Shown one piece after another: positions 1 through 8,908 of a stretch of 31,649 nucleotides of DNA. This DNA comes from a virus (Duplodnaviria; Caudoviricetes). Each line of letters begins with the position of its first letter. Within the stretch, counting starts at the first letter, position 1. The translations under genes and the position numbers were made by a program. The notes below the pieces were generated by a model. It saw only the letters and a program-made list of their open reading frames with translations. It ran no database searches and had not been told where the DNA came from. The DNA is taken from the IMG/VR virus record IMGVR_UViG_3300037465_000370, positions 1 through 31,649 of that record; one strand, given 5' to 3'.

Positions 1-678
1 CTTTTTCCATTTGAACTTTACAGGCTGCAGCCGTGAAAGAGTCGCAAATGCCTGTTGAATATGCGTAATGCTATCCTTTAACTCTCTCCGCGAAACAAAT
101 TCACCAAGAACGCCATTCGCATCGAACGCCGCCGCCGTTCCAAGACCCCCGGGTCGGTCGTTCACTACAAGTGAATCAACCTCTAAGCCAGCAAAACCCG
201 CATCATTTCCAAGTCGTATCTGTAACCTGTTCCCGTTTACCTTAATGGCGGGGAAGCTCGCCGAGTTGAACGCACCAAATTTAAGCATCGAGAATGACCC
301 CTCTGTGCCGTCCGTCAATCTGAAAACACCAGAGGCATCATTATGTAAATAGTTGGGACTCCCACCGAGACCTAAGCGTTGAGTATTTGAGATAAGAAAA
401 GAATACGGCGACGCAAGGTCACCACTTAAATAGAAAGATGGGTGTGTGCTTAACCGCCCGCCGTTGTAAAACACTATTCTTCCGCTCACACCAGAAACAG
501 ATTTTAAGCCCATTGCCGAATCTGCGGGTCGCAATGAGTTCACGGTTGCAAAGTTTGAACTATCAACAGAAACAGAAGACCCACCGCCAGACGAATTAAA
601 CCCCCCGCCACCCAATTGCGCAAAACCCGTTTTGACAAATACGGCCAAAACAAAAGCCAGAAAAAAAAATTTTCTCAT
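1..678 (-). CDS. Tail fibre-like protein with N-terminal signal peptide and peptidase S74 (intramolecular chaperone) domain; 3'-partial
   Basis: Not in the ORF track because it runs off the window edge. Hand translation from ATG 678 is open to base 1: MRKFFFLAFVLAVFVKTGFAQLGGGG...EFVSRRELKDSITHIQQAFATLSRLQPVKFKWKK. The end matches the S74 pattern S-x4-K-x2-I...L-x-P-V-x-[FY]-x-W-K. Confidence 0.8.
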   Translation of the reverse strand, partial: MRKFFFLAFVLAVFVKTGFAQLGGGGFNSSGGGSSVSVDSSNFATVNSLRPADSAMGLKSVSGVSGRIVFYNGGRLSTHPSFYLSGDLASPYSFLISNTQRLGLGGSPNYLHNDASGVFRLTDGTEGSFSMLKFGAFNSASFPAIKVNGNRLQIRLGNDAGFAGLEVDSLVVNDRPGGLGTAAAFDANGVLGEFVSRRELKDSITHIQQAFATLSRLQPVKFKWKK

Positions 679-682
679 TGCA

Positions 683-2884
683 TTAGTTCCCTATATTTGT
701 AAACACTGCAGTAGTCGCAGAGCGATAACGCCATACCACCGTACCATCCACGACTCTTGCTCCAAGTGTTGACGGATTAGGCTCAACACTGCCCGAAGTA
801 CCGCCCACGATACATTCAAGATATTTTGTTGCCGAGGTTTTTACCCACATTCCAACGGAATAAACAGATGTTCCCGCCCACGATTGAGATGCCCTGGCGC
901 CTGAAACCGACACAACTTTGAAATAAGCATTAGTATCTGGATCGGATATTTGTATCAAATCATCTTTTGTATCCCAAGTGCCACCCGTAATCGAATCGGC
1001 TTGATACATCCAGTAAAGATTCGGCTGAATGCTCCGATTAAAAAAAGAATCAATTGGGGCTACAACATACTTTGAGGCTGGGATTGCGCCGGCGTCTACA
1101 ATGTTTCCTGCTATTCTTAAGTCAGTAATTCTTCCCCCGGAGGAACCAAGATTTATCCCGTTGTCGGACAGGCTTGTTTCATCAGCTTTGGCGGGTATTT
1201 TGATGAAGTTTTGTTCGATTGATAGCCCCGATAAATTTGTTTCCGAATATAACGTAATACCGCTCGCCGCAAGCCCTTCTATTCTGTTGCCCACGATACG
1301 TAAATTACTAAGCAATCCAGTTGCCGCTTGAACAGACATAGCAATTCCATACCGAAATTTCCCGGTAATGATATTATTAGCAACATCAACATTTTGCCCA
1401 GAAGATATGTTTATACCTTCGGTTAAAGCACCGGTCGCGCTTGTATCAATCAGAATTTTATTTGTAGAAAGAGAGACGTTCCGAATTGTGCCACTTGTGT
1501 TTGTAAGTTGAATTCCAAATCCATAACTGGAATTTGTTGTTTTGGTTACAAGGTGGATCAGATTATTTGAAACCGTAACATTGTCTGTGGTTTTCCCCGA
1601 AAAAGCGTCAATAAAGATTCCCAACTTTATACTCTCAATAGAGTTGTTGCTCGCAACTACATCTCCAATATCTGTTTCTGCCGATGTAATAATTATACCA
1701 CACTCAACATTTGTTATTGAATTGTGAGAAATCACGGAATTGTTTCCGTGAAATTCAATAGCACAGACGCCGTACCCATTTGTCGCTACACTAAAAGCAT
1801 TATCATTTGTGAACAAATTATTGTTCACCAGCATATTTGTACCAACGAGATACAGCACCGACATATCACTTTGATTATTGTTTGGTATAGCATATCCAAA
1901 ATTGCGGAACACACAATTTTCAATTCTCACATTCTTTGCTACACCAGAACCGGTACCCACCACAATACCGTTACGCCCAGGATTATCTAACTGCGTGATG
2001 TTGGAAAATGAAATGTCCTCTCCCTCGTTGATCTGTATTTGGGTCATGGTTGAGCTTGTTGCCCACGCAAGATTATTTTGAGCGTTACCATTTATCGTAA
2101 GGTTTTTCATGGTAACATTTACCACCGAGTCGCCGTAAAAAAGACGCCAACCATTTGGATGATATGATTGATTTCTTAGATTCGACACTATATTTATTAC
2201 GCCACCGCCATCGTAAGTACAGTTAGAGCGAATAGCCAACAACCCCAGGCTGTCAACAACACGCAGTCCGCCAACATACAAATTCTCGTCAATCCAAACA
2301 GTACCTCCAGAGAGAGATGCTACCAGACTTGCATTATTTATTGCGGTTTGATTTGCAACCGCAGAGGCCAACACGTCACTATCTTTAATCGTACCACCCC
2401 ATCGCGCATAGACAATATTTCTTTGAAGATATTCTTCTCTCACCCAAACCGAATCTCCGCTTACCTGATTCGCCTCAAATGTCGTAATAGAATTAAGTGG
2501 ATAGTCACTTTTCCGCTTCTTGATGAAAAACCCGCCGCCTACAAGAGAGGATGAGGTATAACCATTGAGATACACCATCTGAACACTATCAGACGAAATT
2601 GCCTTTAGTGCTGTCGTGTCCGCCGCTCTAACGAAGTTCGTACCAGATAGTTTTGCGACAATGTCTACTTCCGTTGGGGATGTTTGGTAGTAGCCGTTTT
2701 GCCACTTTATACCCACAGGCTTGACGGTGTCCACCTCAGCGGTGACTATCTTTGCCTTTGTTGCATGAACAGTATCGCTCACCAACGATGGCACAAGGGT
2801 ACGATTGCGCGTTAATGGTGCCCTCTGAGCAAATCCTTCGATGCTCAAAAGCAGGACTACGATGATAAAAACGATCTTTTTCAT
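683..2884 (-). CDS. Tailspike / right-handed beta-helix (pectate-lyase-like) depolymerase with signal peptide
   Basis: 733 aa. Repeating N-x-[VI]-x-x-N-x-I beta-helix rungs; tailspike-type N-terminal motif (ADTTALKA...VYLNGY...GGGFF); C-terminal W-x4-Y-x2-G...C-x3-GTSG-x2-EP...VDGTVVW module typical of phage tail proteins; N-terminal MKKIVFIIVVLLLSIEGFA|Q. Confidence 0.8.
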   Translation of the reverse strand: MKKIVFIIVVLLLSIEGFAQRAPLTRNRTLVPSLVSDTVHATKAKIVTAEVDTVKPVGIKWQNGYYQTSPTEVDIVAKLSGTNFVRAADTTALKAISSDSVQMVYLNGYTSSSLVGGGFFIKKRKSDYPLNSITTFEANQVSGDSVWVREEYLQRNIVYARWGGTIKDSDVLASAVANQTAINNASLVASLSGGTVWIDENLYVGGLRVVDSLGLLAIRSNCTYDGGGVINIVSNLRNQSYHPNGWRLFYGDSVVNVTMKNLTINGNAQNNLAWATSSTMTQIQINEGEDISFSNITQLDNPGRNGIVVGTGSGVAKNVRIENCVFRNFGYAIPNNNQSDMSVLYLVGTNMLVNNNLFTNDNAFSVATNGYGVCAIEFHGNNSVISHNSITNVECGIIITSAETDIGDVVASNNSIESIKLGIFIDAFSGKTTDNVTVSNNLIHLVTKTTNSSYGFGIQLTNTSGTIRNVSLSTNKILIDTSATGALTEGINISSGQNVDVANNIITGKFRYGIAMSVQAATGLLSNLRIVGNRIEGLAASGITLYSETNLSGLSIEQNFIKIPAKADETSLSDNGINLGSSGGRITDLRIAGNIVDAGAIPASKYVVAPIDSFFNRSIQPNLYWMYQADSITGGTWDTKDDLIQISDPDTNAYFKVVSVSGARASQSWAGTSVYSVGMWVKTSATKYLECIVGGTSGSVEPNPSTLGARVVDGTVVWRYRSATTAVFTNIGN

Positions 2885-3393
2885 GGCGTATGCCCCTCAA
2901 TCATTGTACTGATCTCTTTCCACGCCCCAGTACGCTTCGTGATGGCAACAAAGACCCATACATTGGGCGGGATCGTTGCGACGGTAAACGTTCCTCGCCG
3001 ACTTCCAGTCGTCGTGTTCGGTACCACCCCCGCTATTGTGTCTGGCGCAGCAATAATTGCCGTCCCAGCCTGAGAAATGTCCGCTGAATACCGAAAATCA
3101 AACTTCACGGTATCACTGTTTGCCGTTGCACGACCGACAATGAAAAGACTGTCAATGACAAAACCTCGCGGTCCGGTTCGCCCAATGATTCTCTTCTCGT
3201 TGAGCGGAAAAGCTGCAAGCCCGGCGCTATCAAACGCTACGCCTACGAGTTGTACCTGCCCCCCTGAGCGCCATGCTGGTGACGCTGGCACAAGTACTCC
3301 GTTGCTGAGTTTCCAAAACCATTGCGCTGGCTGTGTTGTGTTTGGCTGCGCAAAGCTGCTCGCAGTAAGGATCAACAACCATAGTGTTTTCAT
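2881..3393 (-). CDS. Signal-peptide-bearing beta-rich protein, putative tail/virion appendage
   Basis: 170 aa, MKTLWLLILTASSFA|Q. ATGA overlaps with both neighbours (3390-3393 and 2881-2884). Confidence 0.7.
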   Translation of the reverse strand: MKTLWLLILTASSFAQPNTTQPAQWFWKLSNGVLVPASPAWRSGGQVQLVGVAFDSAGLAAFPLNEKRIIGRTGPRGFVIDSLFIVGRATANSDTVKFDFRYSADISQAGTAIIAAPDTIAGVVPNTTTGSRRGTFTVATIPPNVWVFVAITKRTGAWKEISTMIEGHTP

Positions 3394-3896
3394 TCTGTCC
3401 TCCAGAGCACGCCGTCTCCTGCTGTCCCCGTGATAAACACCGCATTCGGAGAGGTTTTCATCCGCGTCGTTCCAAACGCGGTTAACTGGTCGCCGCGCTC
3501 ACTCCCGGCAACAATAGAGATCGCGGTGTAGTACCCACCGCCATAAATGAATGGGCTTGAACCGGTTAGGTCAACTGGAACTGTGAATTGGCGCGGCTTG
3601 TCTGGCACAAGGCTTACTGTACGCAAACCGTTTACGCTAACCGTGCCCCGCACGCCGATGATTGTCACCGACTGCCCATCAGCAAGACCGTGATCATCGG
3701 CTGTAGAGATTTTTGCTAATACACCGTCAGCCTCGACCCGTTCAATAAATCCATCCAGCATCCCTACAGCTATGTTCCCAACATTCGTCGGTAGCGCCTG
3801 AATAATCGTCTCACCAATAATCGCTTCGTTGGTCAAAGGCACCGCAACCCCCGTGCTTGCGATCACCGTCCTTCCGTTTCTTGTAACCGATTTCAT
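3390..3896 (-). CDS. Virion protein with E1-FCCH-like beta domain
   Basis: 168 aa. STADDHGLADGQSVTIIGVRG..SVNG..TVS...QFTV resembles the 'HGL..G..V.I.GV.G...NG' domain common in phage virion proteins. SD-like AAGGGAG upstream. Confidence 0.6.
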   Translation of the reverse strand: MKSVTRNGRTVIASTGVAVPLTNEAIIGETIIQALPTNVGNIAVGMLDGFIERVEADGVLAKISTADDHGLADGQSVTIIGVRGTVSVNGLRTVSLVPDKPRQFTVPVDLTGSSPFIYGGGYYTAISIVAGSERGDQLTAFGTTRMKTSPNAVFITGTAGDGVLWRTE

Positions 3897-3908
3897 GTTG
3901 CTCCCTTT

Positions 3909-4358
3909 TTATGGAACGTTATCGCCTTCTGCTGCCCACCGGAAGTACTTCGTTCCCGAAGGCACATAGAGAAGAATATCTTTAGTCGTCTTTGTATTGT
4001 CGCTTTTGATCCCCCACGTGAGAGCAGTCCAAGACCCCTCGGCAGATTGAGCCGTAGCCTCAAACGAATAATTCACGTTCGCATATTCAATACTCCACGT
4101 GATTTTGTACACGCTGTTATCGCCAAGTACGCCAACGTATTCAACCGTGCAACCCCTCAGTAGGCTCGCTGCAACCTGTGGAATTACCCCAAGTTCTACG
4201 TAGCCAATCTTGCGTCTCGGATCATTCACGATCACAGTTTGTGAATCAGGAACCGTGACGTCCCCATTGTCCAACAGCGATTGGATTTCGTCGGGCAAAC
4301 TCTCTCTCGTGAGAAAGTATCTCCGGCTTTCGAGTAATCTTCGCGATGTCATACCCAT
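3909..4358 (-). CDS. Hypothetical virion/tail protein
   Basis: 149 aa, overlaps the upstream gene. C-terminal beta-rich segment ending FRWAAEG resembles tail-fibre C-terminal (gp53-like) modules; the resemblance is weak. Confidence 0.55.
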   Translation of the reverse strand: MGMTSRRLLESRRYFLTRESLPDEIQSLLDNGDVTVPDSQTVIVNDPRRKIGYVELGVIPQVAASLLRGCTVEYVGVLGDNSVYKITWSIEYANVNYSFEATAQSAEGSWTALTWGIKSDNTKTTKDILLYVPSGTKYFRWAAEGDNVP

Positions 4359-4822
4359 TGCCCCAACGTTGGTTTTCTATCAGCCCAAGGTTTTGTCCCA
4401 GGGGTGAATCTATGCTCCGCCGCTTCTGTCTTGTATTTGTTCATCCAAAATGTTGAAAGGTTCGGATCAACCGCTGAATACCATTCGGCTATCACATAGT
4501 AGGCAAGCGCCACCCACAGCTCTTGCGGTAGCAACTTCTTGCCGCCCTGTTCGCTATTCGCAAGTAACTCGTCTGTATCTACCGTCGTCTCCCCAGCCTC
4601 AAGAACTTCTCGGCCATGGGCCGGGTCAGCCCTCACGATCCCCGCATACGTCAACAACTTGTTCATACCAGAATCAATGTAACTGAGAAGAGTATTCTGG
4701 TCGCTTCCATCTGCATCCGCGAACAGTCTATCGTTCCCGGTTTGCTTTGCTGCCTGCATTGTTCGCGTACCAACCTCGTCGAGTACAAACTTTTCGAGAT
4801 CATTTAGCTGTCGTTCAGCCAT
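4349..4822 (-). CDS. Putative head-completion / head-tail adaptor protein
   Basis: 157 aa. Helical, with LP...ALAYYVIAEWY resembling adaptor C-terminal helices; positioned after the capsid gene. Confidence 0.5.
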   Translation of the reverse strand: MAERQLNDLEKFVLDEVGTRTMQAAKQTGNDRLFADADGSDQNTLLSYIDSGMNKLLTYAGIVRADPAHGREVLEAGETTVDTDELLANSEQGGKKLLPQELWVALAYYVIAEWYSAVDPNLSTFWMNKYKTEAAEHRFTPGTKPWADRKPTLGQWV

Positions 4823-5624
4823 TTGCCTTTCCTAATTTTACCGTACCCTCTTCACCTCGGAACCCGTAACGGAGCCCGTTCATAACTGCTACGGCATTTT
4901 GGAATGCTGCCGTAGCAGCCCCAGCATCGCGCAAAATAATCAGCGCCCGCCCAGCGACCTGCCACACAATAGCGTCAATAAGAGAGTCTGGAAACGGGAC
5001 GGTGGCATCATTGGCTGCCGGTAGTCGGTCGCGCATAACAACCAACAGTTCTGGCACGATGGCAACCTTACCAGCCGTCACTCCCGTATTCTTGTAAGCA
5101 TCAAGGCCATACGCGCTTCCGTTTGCGTTACTCCCAGACACACTATCGTCGCGCTCGAACGGCGTCAACGATTCCGGCCGAGGGAATAGCTCTATGGCTT
5201 GAGTAAATTGCGTGGTTACACTACCGACAGTCTTTGTAAAGCGAAATGGAATCAACGCCGCTTTGGGTTGCCGCTCATCGGCTCGCCCGTAGATGCTGCG
5301 CTGATGGTTGTACGTATTCGTGTCGGACTGGATGAGTTCTTCAGCGTACACCTCCCATCCGTATGCTTTCACTCGAAGGAAACGGACAAATTCGTTCTGG
5401 ATTGGAATGATCAGCGACCGCGTCGTAACATACGCATTCTCGGTGTGCACCCGCCCAGCGGGATAAATAAGCGGGCGTCGAGCGAGATGGTACACTTGCA
5501 GCGCTGCCTCATCAACTTCTTGTGCAATAAGATTAGATGATACAGTCTGCGTCTCAGTAATGTCACTGACCTCGTCAATTCTCGCCCGCACCCAATCCAG
5601 CAGTTGTATGCGAGTCCAAGCCAT
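4815..5624 (-). CDS. Putative head-tail adaptor / tail tubular protein A-like
   Basis: 269 aa. Starts MAWTRIQLLDWVRARIDE, contains IP..FVRFLRV, ends FPDSLIDAIVWQVAGRAL: the usual layout of podovirus adaptors. Confidence 0.6.
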   Translation of the reverse strand: MAWTRIQLLDWVRARIDEVSDITETQTVSSNLIAQEVDEAALQVYHLARRPLIYPAGRVHTENAYVTTRSLIIPIQNEFVRFLRVKAYGWEVYAEELIQSDTNTYNHQRSIYGRADERQPKAALIPFRFTKTVGSVTTQFTQAIELFPRPESLTPFERDDSVSGSNANGSAYGLDAYKNTGVTAGKVAIVPELLVVMRDRLPAANDATVPFPDSLIDAIVWQVAGRALIILRDAGAATAAFQNAVAVMNGLRYGFRGEEGTVKLGKANG

Positions 5625-5628
5625 CTTG

Positions 5629-6099
5629 CTACGCCGCCGCCGCTATGGGGTGAACCTTGAGATTCGGGAAGACAATCTTGAAGCGAACCTCAGCGAACTC
5701 CTTTACTTGAGCGTTGTTCATGAGCTTCCGCGTCTCATCAGAAGACGCTCCGAGTTCGAGCAATTTAGCGATTGCGGAGTTTTTTGACGTTACCTCGATA
5801 ACCTCGGTCAGCCCTCCACTCCCACGCGGTTCCAGTGTTGCTTTCTGAGCGGTAACAGGGGGAGCCTTTTCGCTCGCCTTGATTTCCGTAAACTTCGTCC
5901 CATAACCGACATGGTTACGGAGAAAGTCAATTTGCTCCTTGTTGTTCGTTGCGAATGTGTAGTTGGCAAACCGAATCTTCGCATAGTGGATACGCAACCC
6001 AATGGATGCCGCTCCGATTTGTGTCGGTTTGTATGGGATCACCAGTATTTCCTTCTTACTCACGAAGGTTACAACTGGGCCCGATTGCTTTGTTTGCAT
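5629..6099 (-). CDS. Hypothetical protein immediately downstream of capsid gene
   Basis: 156 aa, AAAAAAGGA upstream. Two small domains joined by a Pro/Ala linker. Confidence 0.7.
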   Translation of the reverse strand: MQTKQSGPVVTFVSKKEILVIPYKPTQIGAASIGLRIHYAKIRFANYTFATNNKEQIDFLRNHVGYGTKFTEIKASEKAPPVTAQKATLEPRGSGGLTEVIEVTSKNSAIAKLLELGASSDETRKLMNNAQVKEFAEVRFKIVFPNLKVHPIAAAA

Positions 6100-6145
6100 T
6101 GACAGTCCTTTTTTGTGTGTTGGGGCAAGAAAGCAGGGAGAATCT

Positions 6146-6175
6146 GGGGCTGGATGGGGTTAGACCACCAGCCCC
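6146..6175 (-). other. GC-rich stem-loop after capsid stop codon
   Basis: GGGGCTGG (6175-6168) pairs with CCAGCCCC (6153-6146). No clean U-tract follows, so an mRNA stabiliser or weak attenuator is more likely than a terminator. Confidence 0.45.
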
Positions 6176-6188
6176 TACCCCCGCGCGG

Positions 6189-7379
6189 TCACACGCCGAT
6201 AACCTCAGCATGGCACTCGTTCCCGAAGGCAATGCTGAGGGTTGACTCTTCAGCATAATACTCGCCTTCTTGGAGAATGCCTTGCTCCCTGAAATTTCTC
6301 GGCTGCACAAACATCTCCATCGCTGTGTGTTTGCGAATGAGATTCATGTCGAGGATCACGCCGTAGTGGTCGCGACCGAAGATATTGAATGCTCGCGTGT
6401 GCTTGATGTACAGAGTACCGAAATCTGTCTGAATCTGATTGAACCGCACCCCGTACTTTGTCATCTCCTTGCGGAAGCGAGGATTGACGAGGTCGGTCTT
6501 CTCCAGGGCTGCGACGAGGAATGTGTCGGCAAAAAAGTACCGCGATTCACTTCCATTATTCCCGGCAAAAACCTCAGCCAGCCAATCAATCATCAGGGAT
6601 TCCGGTACCGGCACGGGGGCATCTTTATCATACTCCAACTCCTTCCCGATGTAACGCGTCACACCGTTCATCGTAGTGCGGAGTTTGCCAGCAGCATTGG
6701 TTGTGGTTGACTTTGAGCGGACACCAAACCATTTGAGAAACTCGCGCGACAAGCGGTATTCTTTGCGCATGTCGTTTTTCGTGCGTGGGTAGTCGTGTTG
6801 GCTTGTGTAGTTCTTCTGCCACAGTTTCGTCAAGTCAACCGCCACGCTGGTATCCATGATCTGCGTGTAGTTGTACTCGTATGCAGGTTCGATTGCCTGC
6901 GGGTCAGTGACCGTACCGCCCTGGTACACAGACGTACCAAGCCAGACAATGTTTGTTCCTGCTGCTAAAGGCGGGATAGCCCCACCCGACGAACCATCAG
7001 CCAGTGCGCGGATTGTCAAGTCGTTGGCATTAACCGCCTTCACGAGACACATTGGGAATGTCGGGTCAGACGGTGCAAGAATGAGCATGTTGACCCGGAA
7101 GCGCCCTGGATTGGCAACGGGGAGAGTTTGGTCACCGCTACCACCCGCATAGTTCTCATCAACCACGTCTTGTCGCGGGTACATCGAGTAACTTGCCCAC
7201 TCATGCTTCGAATTGATTGGCTTTTGGCCTTCCGGCATCGCATTCGTGAGAGTGTCCAGCGGATACAGATCAGGCTCCAGTTTCGAGAGAATGCTGGAAA
7301 CGCTGCGCTGTTGGTGCTCAACGGGCGTCGTCTGTTCTGACAACGTTCCTACCGGTGTTCCAATCGCTGATTCAGCCAT
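6189..7379 (-). CDS. Major capsid protein (HK97 fold, SU10/DUF5309-like)
   Basis: 396 aa after the scaffold gene, SD AAGGAAGG. Motifs P.DTL...KHEW, YNYTQI, E...WFG, RTTMNGV, KYGVRF..IQTDFGTL.I..H match this capsid class. Confidence 0.85.
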   Translation of the reverse strand: MAESAIGTPVGTLSEQTTPVEHQQRSVSSILSKLEPDLYPLDTLTNAMPEGQKPINSKHEWASYSMYPRQDVVDENYAGGSGDQTLPVANPGRFRVNMLILAPSDPTFPMCLVKAVNANDLTIRALADGSSGGAIPPLAAGTNIVWLGTSVYQGGTVTDPQAIEPAYEYNYTQIMDTSVAVDLTKLWQKNYTSQHDYPRTKNDMRKEYRLSREFLKWFGVRSKSTTTNAAGKLRTTMNGVTRYIGKELEYDKDAPVPVPESLMIDWLAEVFAGNNGSESRYFFADTFLVAALEKTDLVNPRFRKEMTKYGVRFNQIQTDFGTLYIKHTRAFNIFGRDHYGVILDMNLIRKHTAMEMFVQPRNFREQGILQEGEYYAEESTLSIAFGNECHAEVIGV

Positions 7380-7418
7380 AATTGATTTCCTTCCTTATAG
7401 AAAAGTTGTTGTTTGTGG

Positions 7419-8408
7419 TCAAAATCGTTTTATCGAGTCAATTTCGATCTCCTTCTCCAGCGGAGATAGGGCATCTTCGACCGTTACCTTGAGCGGGCTT
7501 TGAGAGCCAACAGCAGGCAGTCCATCGCCGCCAGATTTTAGTTTTGCCTGAAGAGCCTTCTTCGCCCCCTCGATTTTCGCCTGACGGGCAGCCTCCTCAG
7601 CCTTCTTTGATGCCTCCTCTTCCTTCTTGGAAATAGCATCTTTGTATGTACGAGCGTGATGAATAGCCTCGAAAAAATTTTTTGGCAGTTCGCCGGTCAC
7701 CGGGTCGCCGTAGAACATTCGGCGGAGGAAATCCTTGTTCGCTTCCATGTCCGCATCGGTAATCTCAGGGTGAGCAGACCGGAACGCCTTCTCCATGCTC
7801 TCGACCTGCATGACCAATCTTTCCGTGCGTTCAGCTTCCTGTTTACGACGCTGCTCCGCAGCGCGCCTCTTTTCCTTCAATTTGTGCTCAGCCTCGATGG
7901 CTTTATCGAGGTACTCACGCACCTTTTCTTCCCCATCCTCCTCGATGGACGGAATACGTTCCGGGACGCTCATCACATCGAGTACTGCCCGGCGGAACGG
8001 GATTCCAGACTTTACAAGTTTTAGCGTCTCAATGAGTAGCGGCTCAGGTTCTATAAGGGAAACAAGCTCATCGTTCGACGCATTAGCTTCAGCGAGATCA
8101 GATTGCAGTTCGGCAAATTTTTCGACGATCGCCTTCGGAGTGTCGCCAATGGATTTTAATTCTTCAGGAAGAACGACTTCAGATTCTTCCTCCTCATCCT
8201 GCTTTAACTCCTCCATCGGTGATCCCACAGCATCTTGTTTTGCTGGAACGGTCTCACCCTTCTCCTCAATGGCATCAACAGAAGAAAATGCAGCACTATT
8301 TTGTCCGTTAATAATCTCTCGCTCAAGATCGTCAAGAGAAATCGGTTTCAACTTGCCGTCTTCACCGACTGTGGTTGTGGCAAGCTCTTCTTTGGTAGGA
8401 TCGGACAC
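7419..8408 (-). CDS. Capsid scaffolding protein
   Basis: 329 aa, acidic coiled-coil, between portal and capsid; GTG start with GGGGTG upstream. Confidence 0.7.
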   Translation of the reverse strand: MSDPTKEELATTTVGEDGKLKPISLDDLEREIINGQNSAAFSSVDAIEEKGETVPAKQDAVGSPMEELKQDEEEESEVVLPEELKSIGDTPKAIVEKFAELQSDLAEANASNDELVSLIEPEPLLIETLKLVKSGIPFRRAVLDVMSVPERIPSIEEDGEEKVREYLDKAIEAEHKLKEKRRAAEQRRKQEAERTERLVMQVESMEKAFRSAHPEITDADMEANKDFLRRMFYGDPVTGELPKNFFEAIHHARTYKDAISKKEEEASKKAEEAARQAKIEGAKKALQAKLKSGGDGLPAVGSQSPLKVTVEDALSPLEKEIEIDSIKRF

Positions 8409-8443
8409 TTCTCACCCCGTGTGTATGTTTATCACTGCCTATA

Positions 8444-8472
8444 AAGCTATAAAGTGCCTTTGTCCGGGGCAA
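8444..8472 (-). promoter_or_regulatory. sigma70-type promoter for scaffold-capsid operon
   Basis: TTGCCC-17 nt-TAGCTT in the intergenic gap, with an AT-rich stretch upstream. Confidence 0.5.
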
Positions 8473-8497
8473 CGGGAAAATTTTTCTGAAAAATTAT

Positions 8498-8683
8498 TCA
8501 GACCTTTTTTGCGAGCGTTCGCCCAAGGTATCTAACAAGGGTAGGTAAGGTGTGGTCGTACTCCTCAGCGAGGAGATCGAGCGCGGCACCGGCGGGGAGT
8601 TTATTCTTCTTTCGGATTTCCAGAAACCGTAACGCCAATTCTTTCCTTTTTTCTTTGGTTTCTGGTTTCTTAGGCTCAATCAT
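8498..8683 (-). CDS. Small basic helix-turn-helix-like protein
   Basis: 61 aa. ALDLLAEEYDHTLPTLVRYL fits an HTH pattern; starts right after the upstream stop. Confidence 0.55.
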   Translation of the reverse strand: MIEPKKPETKEKRKELALRFLEIRKKNKLPAGAALDLLAEEYDHTLPTLVRYLGRTLAKKV

Positions 8684-8908
8684 TTACATTATCGGGCGCG
8701 ATTGTTCTATTTCACTTTCGACCCGGCGGAGAAGAGATTCTCTTCCTTCAGCCTCTTCAAATCCTGCGCAGAAAAACTCAACTGGGGTCTTCACCACCCC
8801 TTCCGACATAACCCGCCCCTCGTTGTCACCAGAGAGGAATGTACACTCCCCAAGTCCATTTTCGTCGGGTTGATTATGAAATTTACATTCGCCGCAAGAT
8901 TTCATCAC
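8684..8908 (-). CDS. Small Cys-rich (CxxC..C..C) putative Zn-binding protein
   Basis: 74 aa, CGEC...GEC...FFCAGFE; ATGA overlap with the portal stop. Confidence 0.6.
   Translation of the reverse strand: MMKSCGECKFHNQPDENGLGECTFLSGDNEGRVMSEGVVKTPVEFFCAGFEEAEGRESLLRRVESEIEQSRPIM

Noticed and set aside
6056-6310. 84-aa +1-frame ORF overlapping the capsid 3' end (possible frameshift extension)
   Set aside because: No convincing slippery site and low-quality sequence; read-through of the capsid TGA is not in frame with the next gene.
7795-8535. 246-aa plus-strand ORF
   Set aside because: Ser-rich antisense shadow of the Glu/Lys-rich scaffold gene; no protein-like features.
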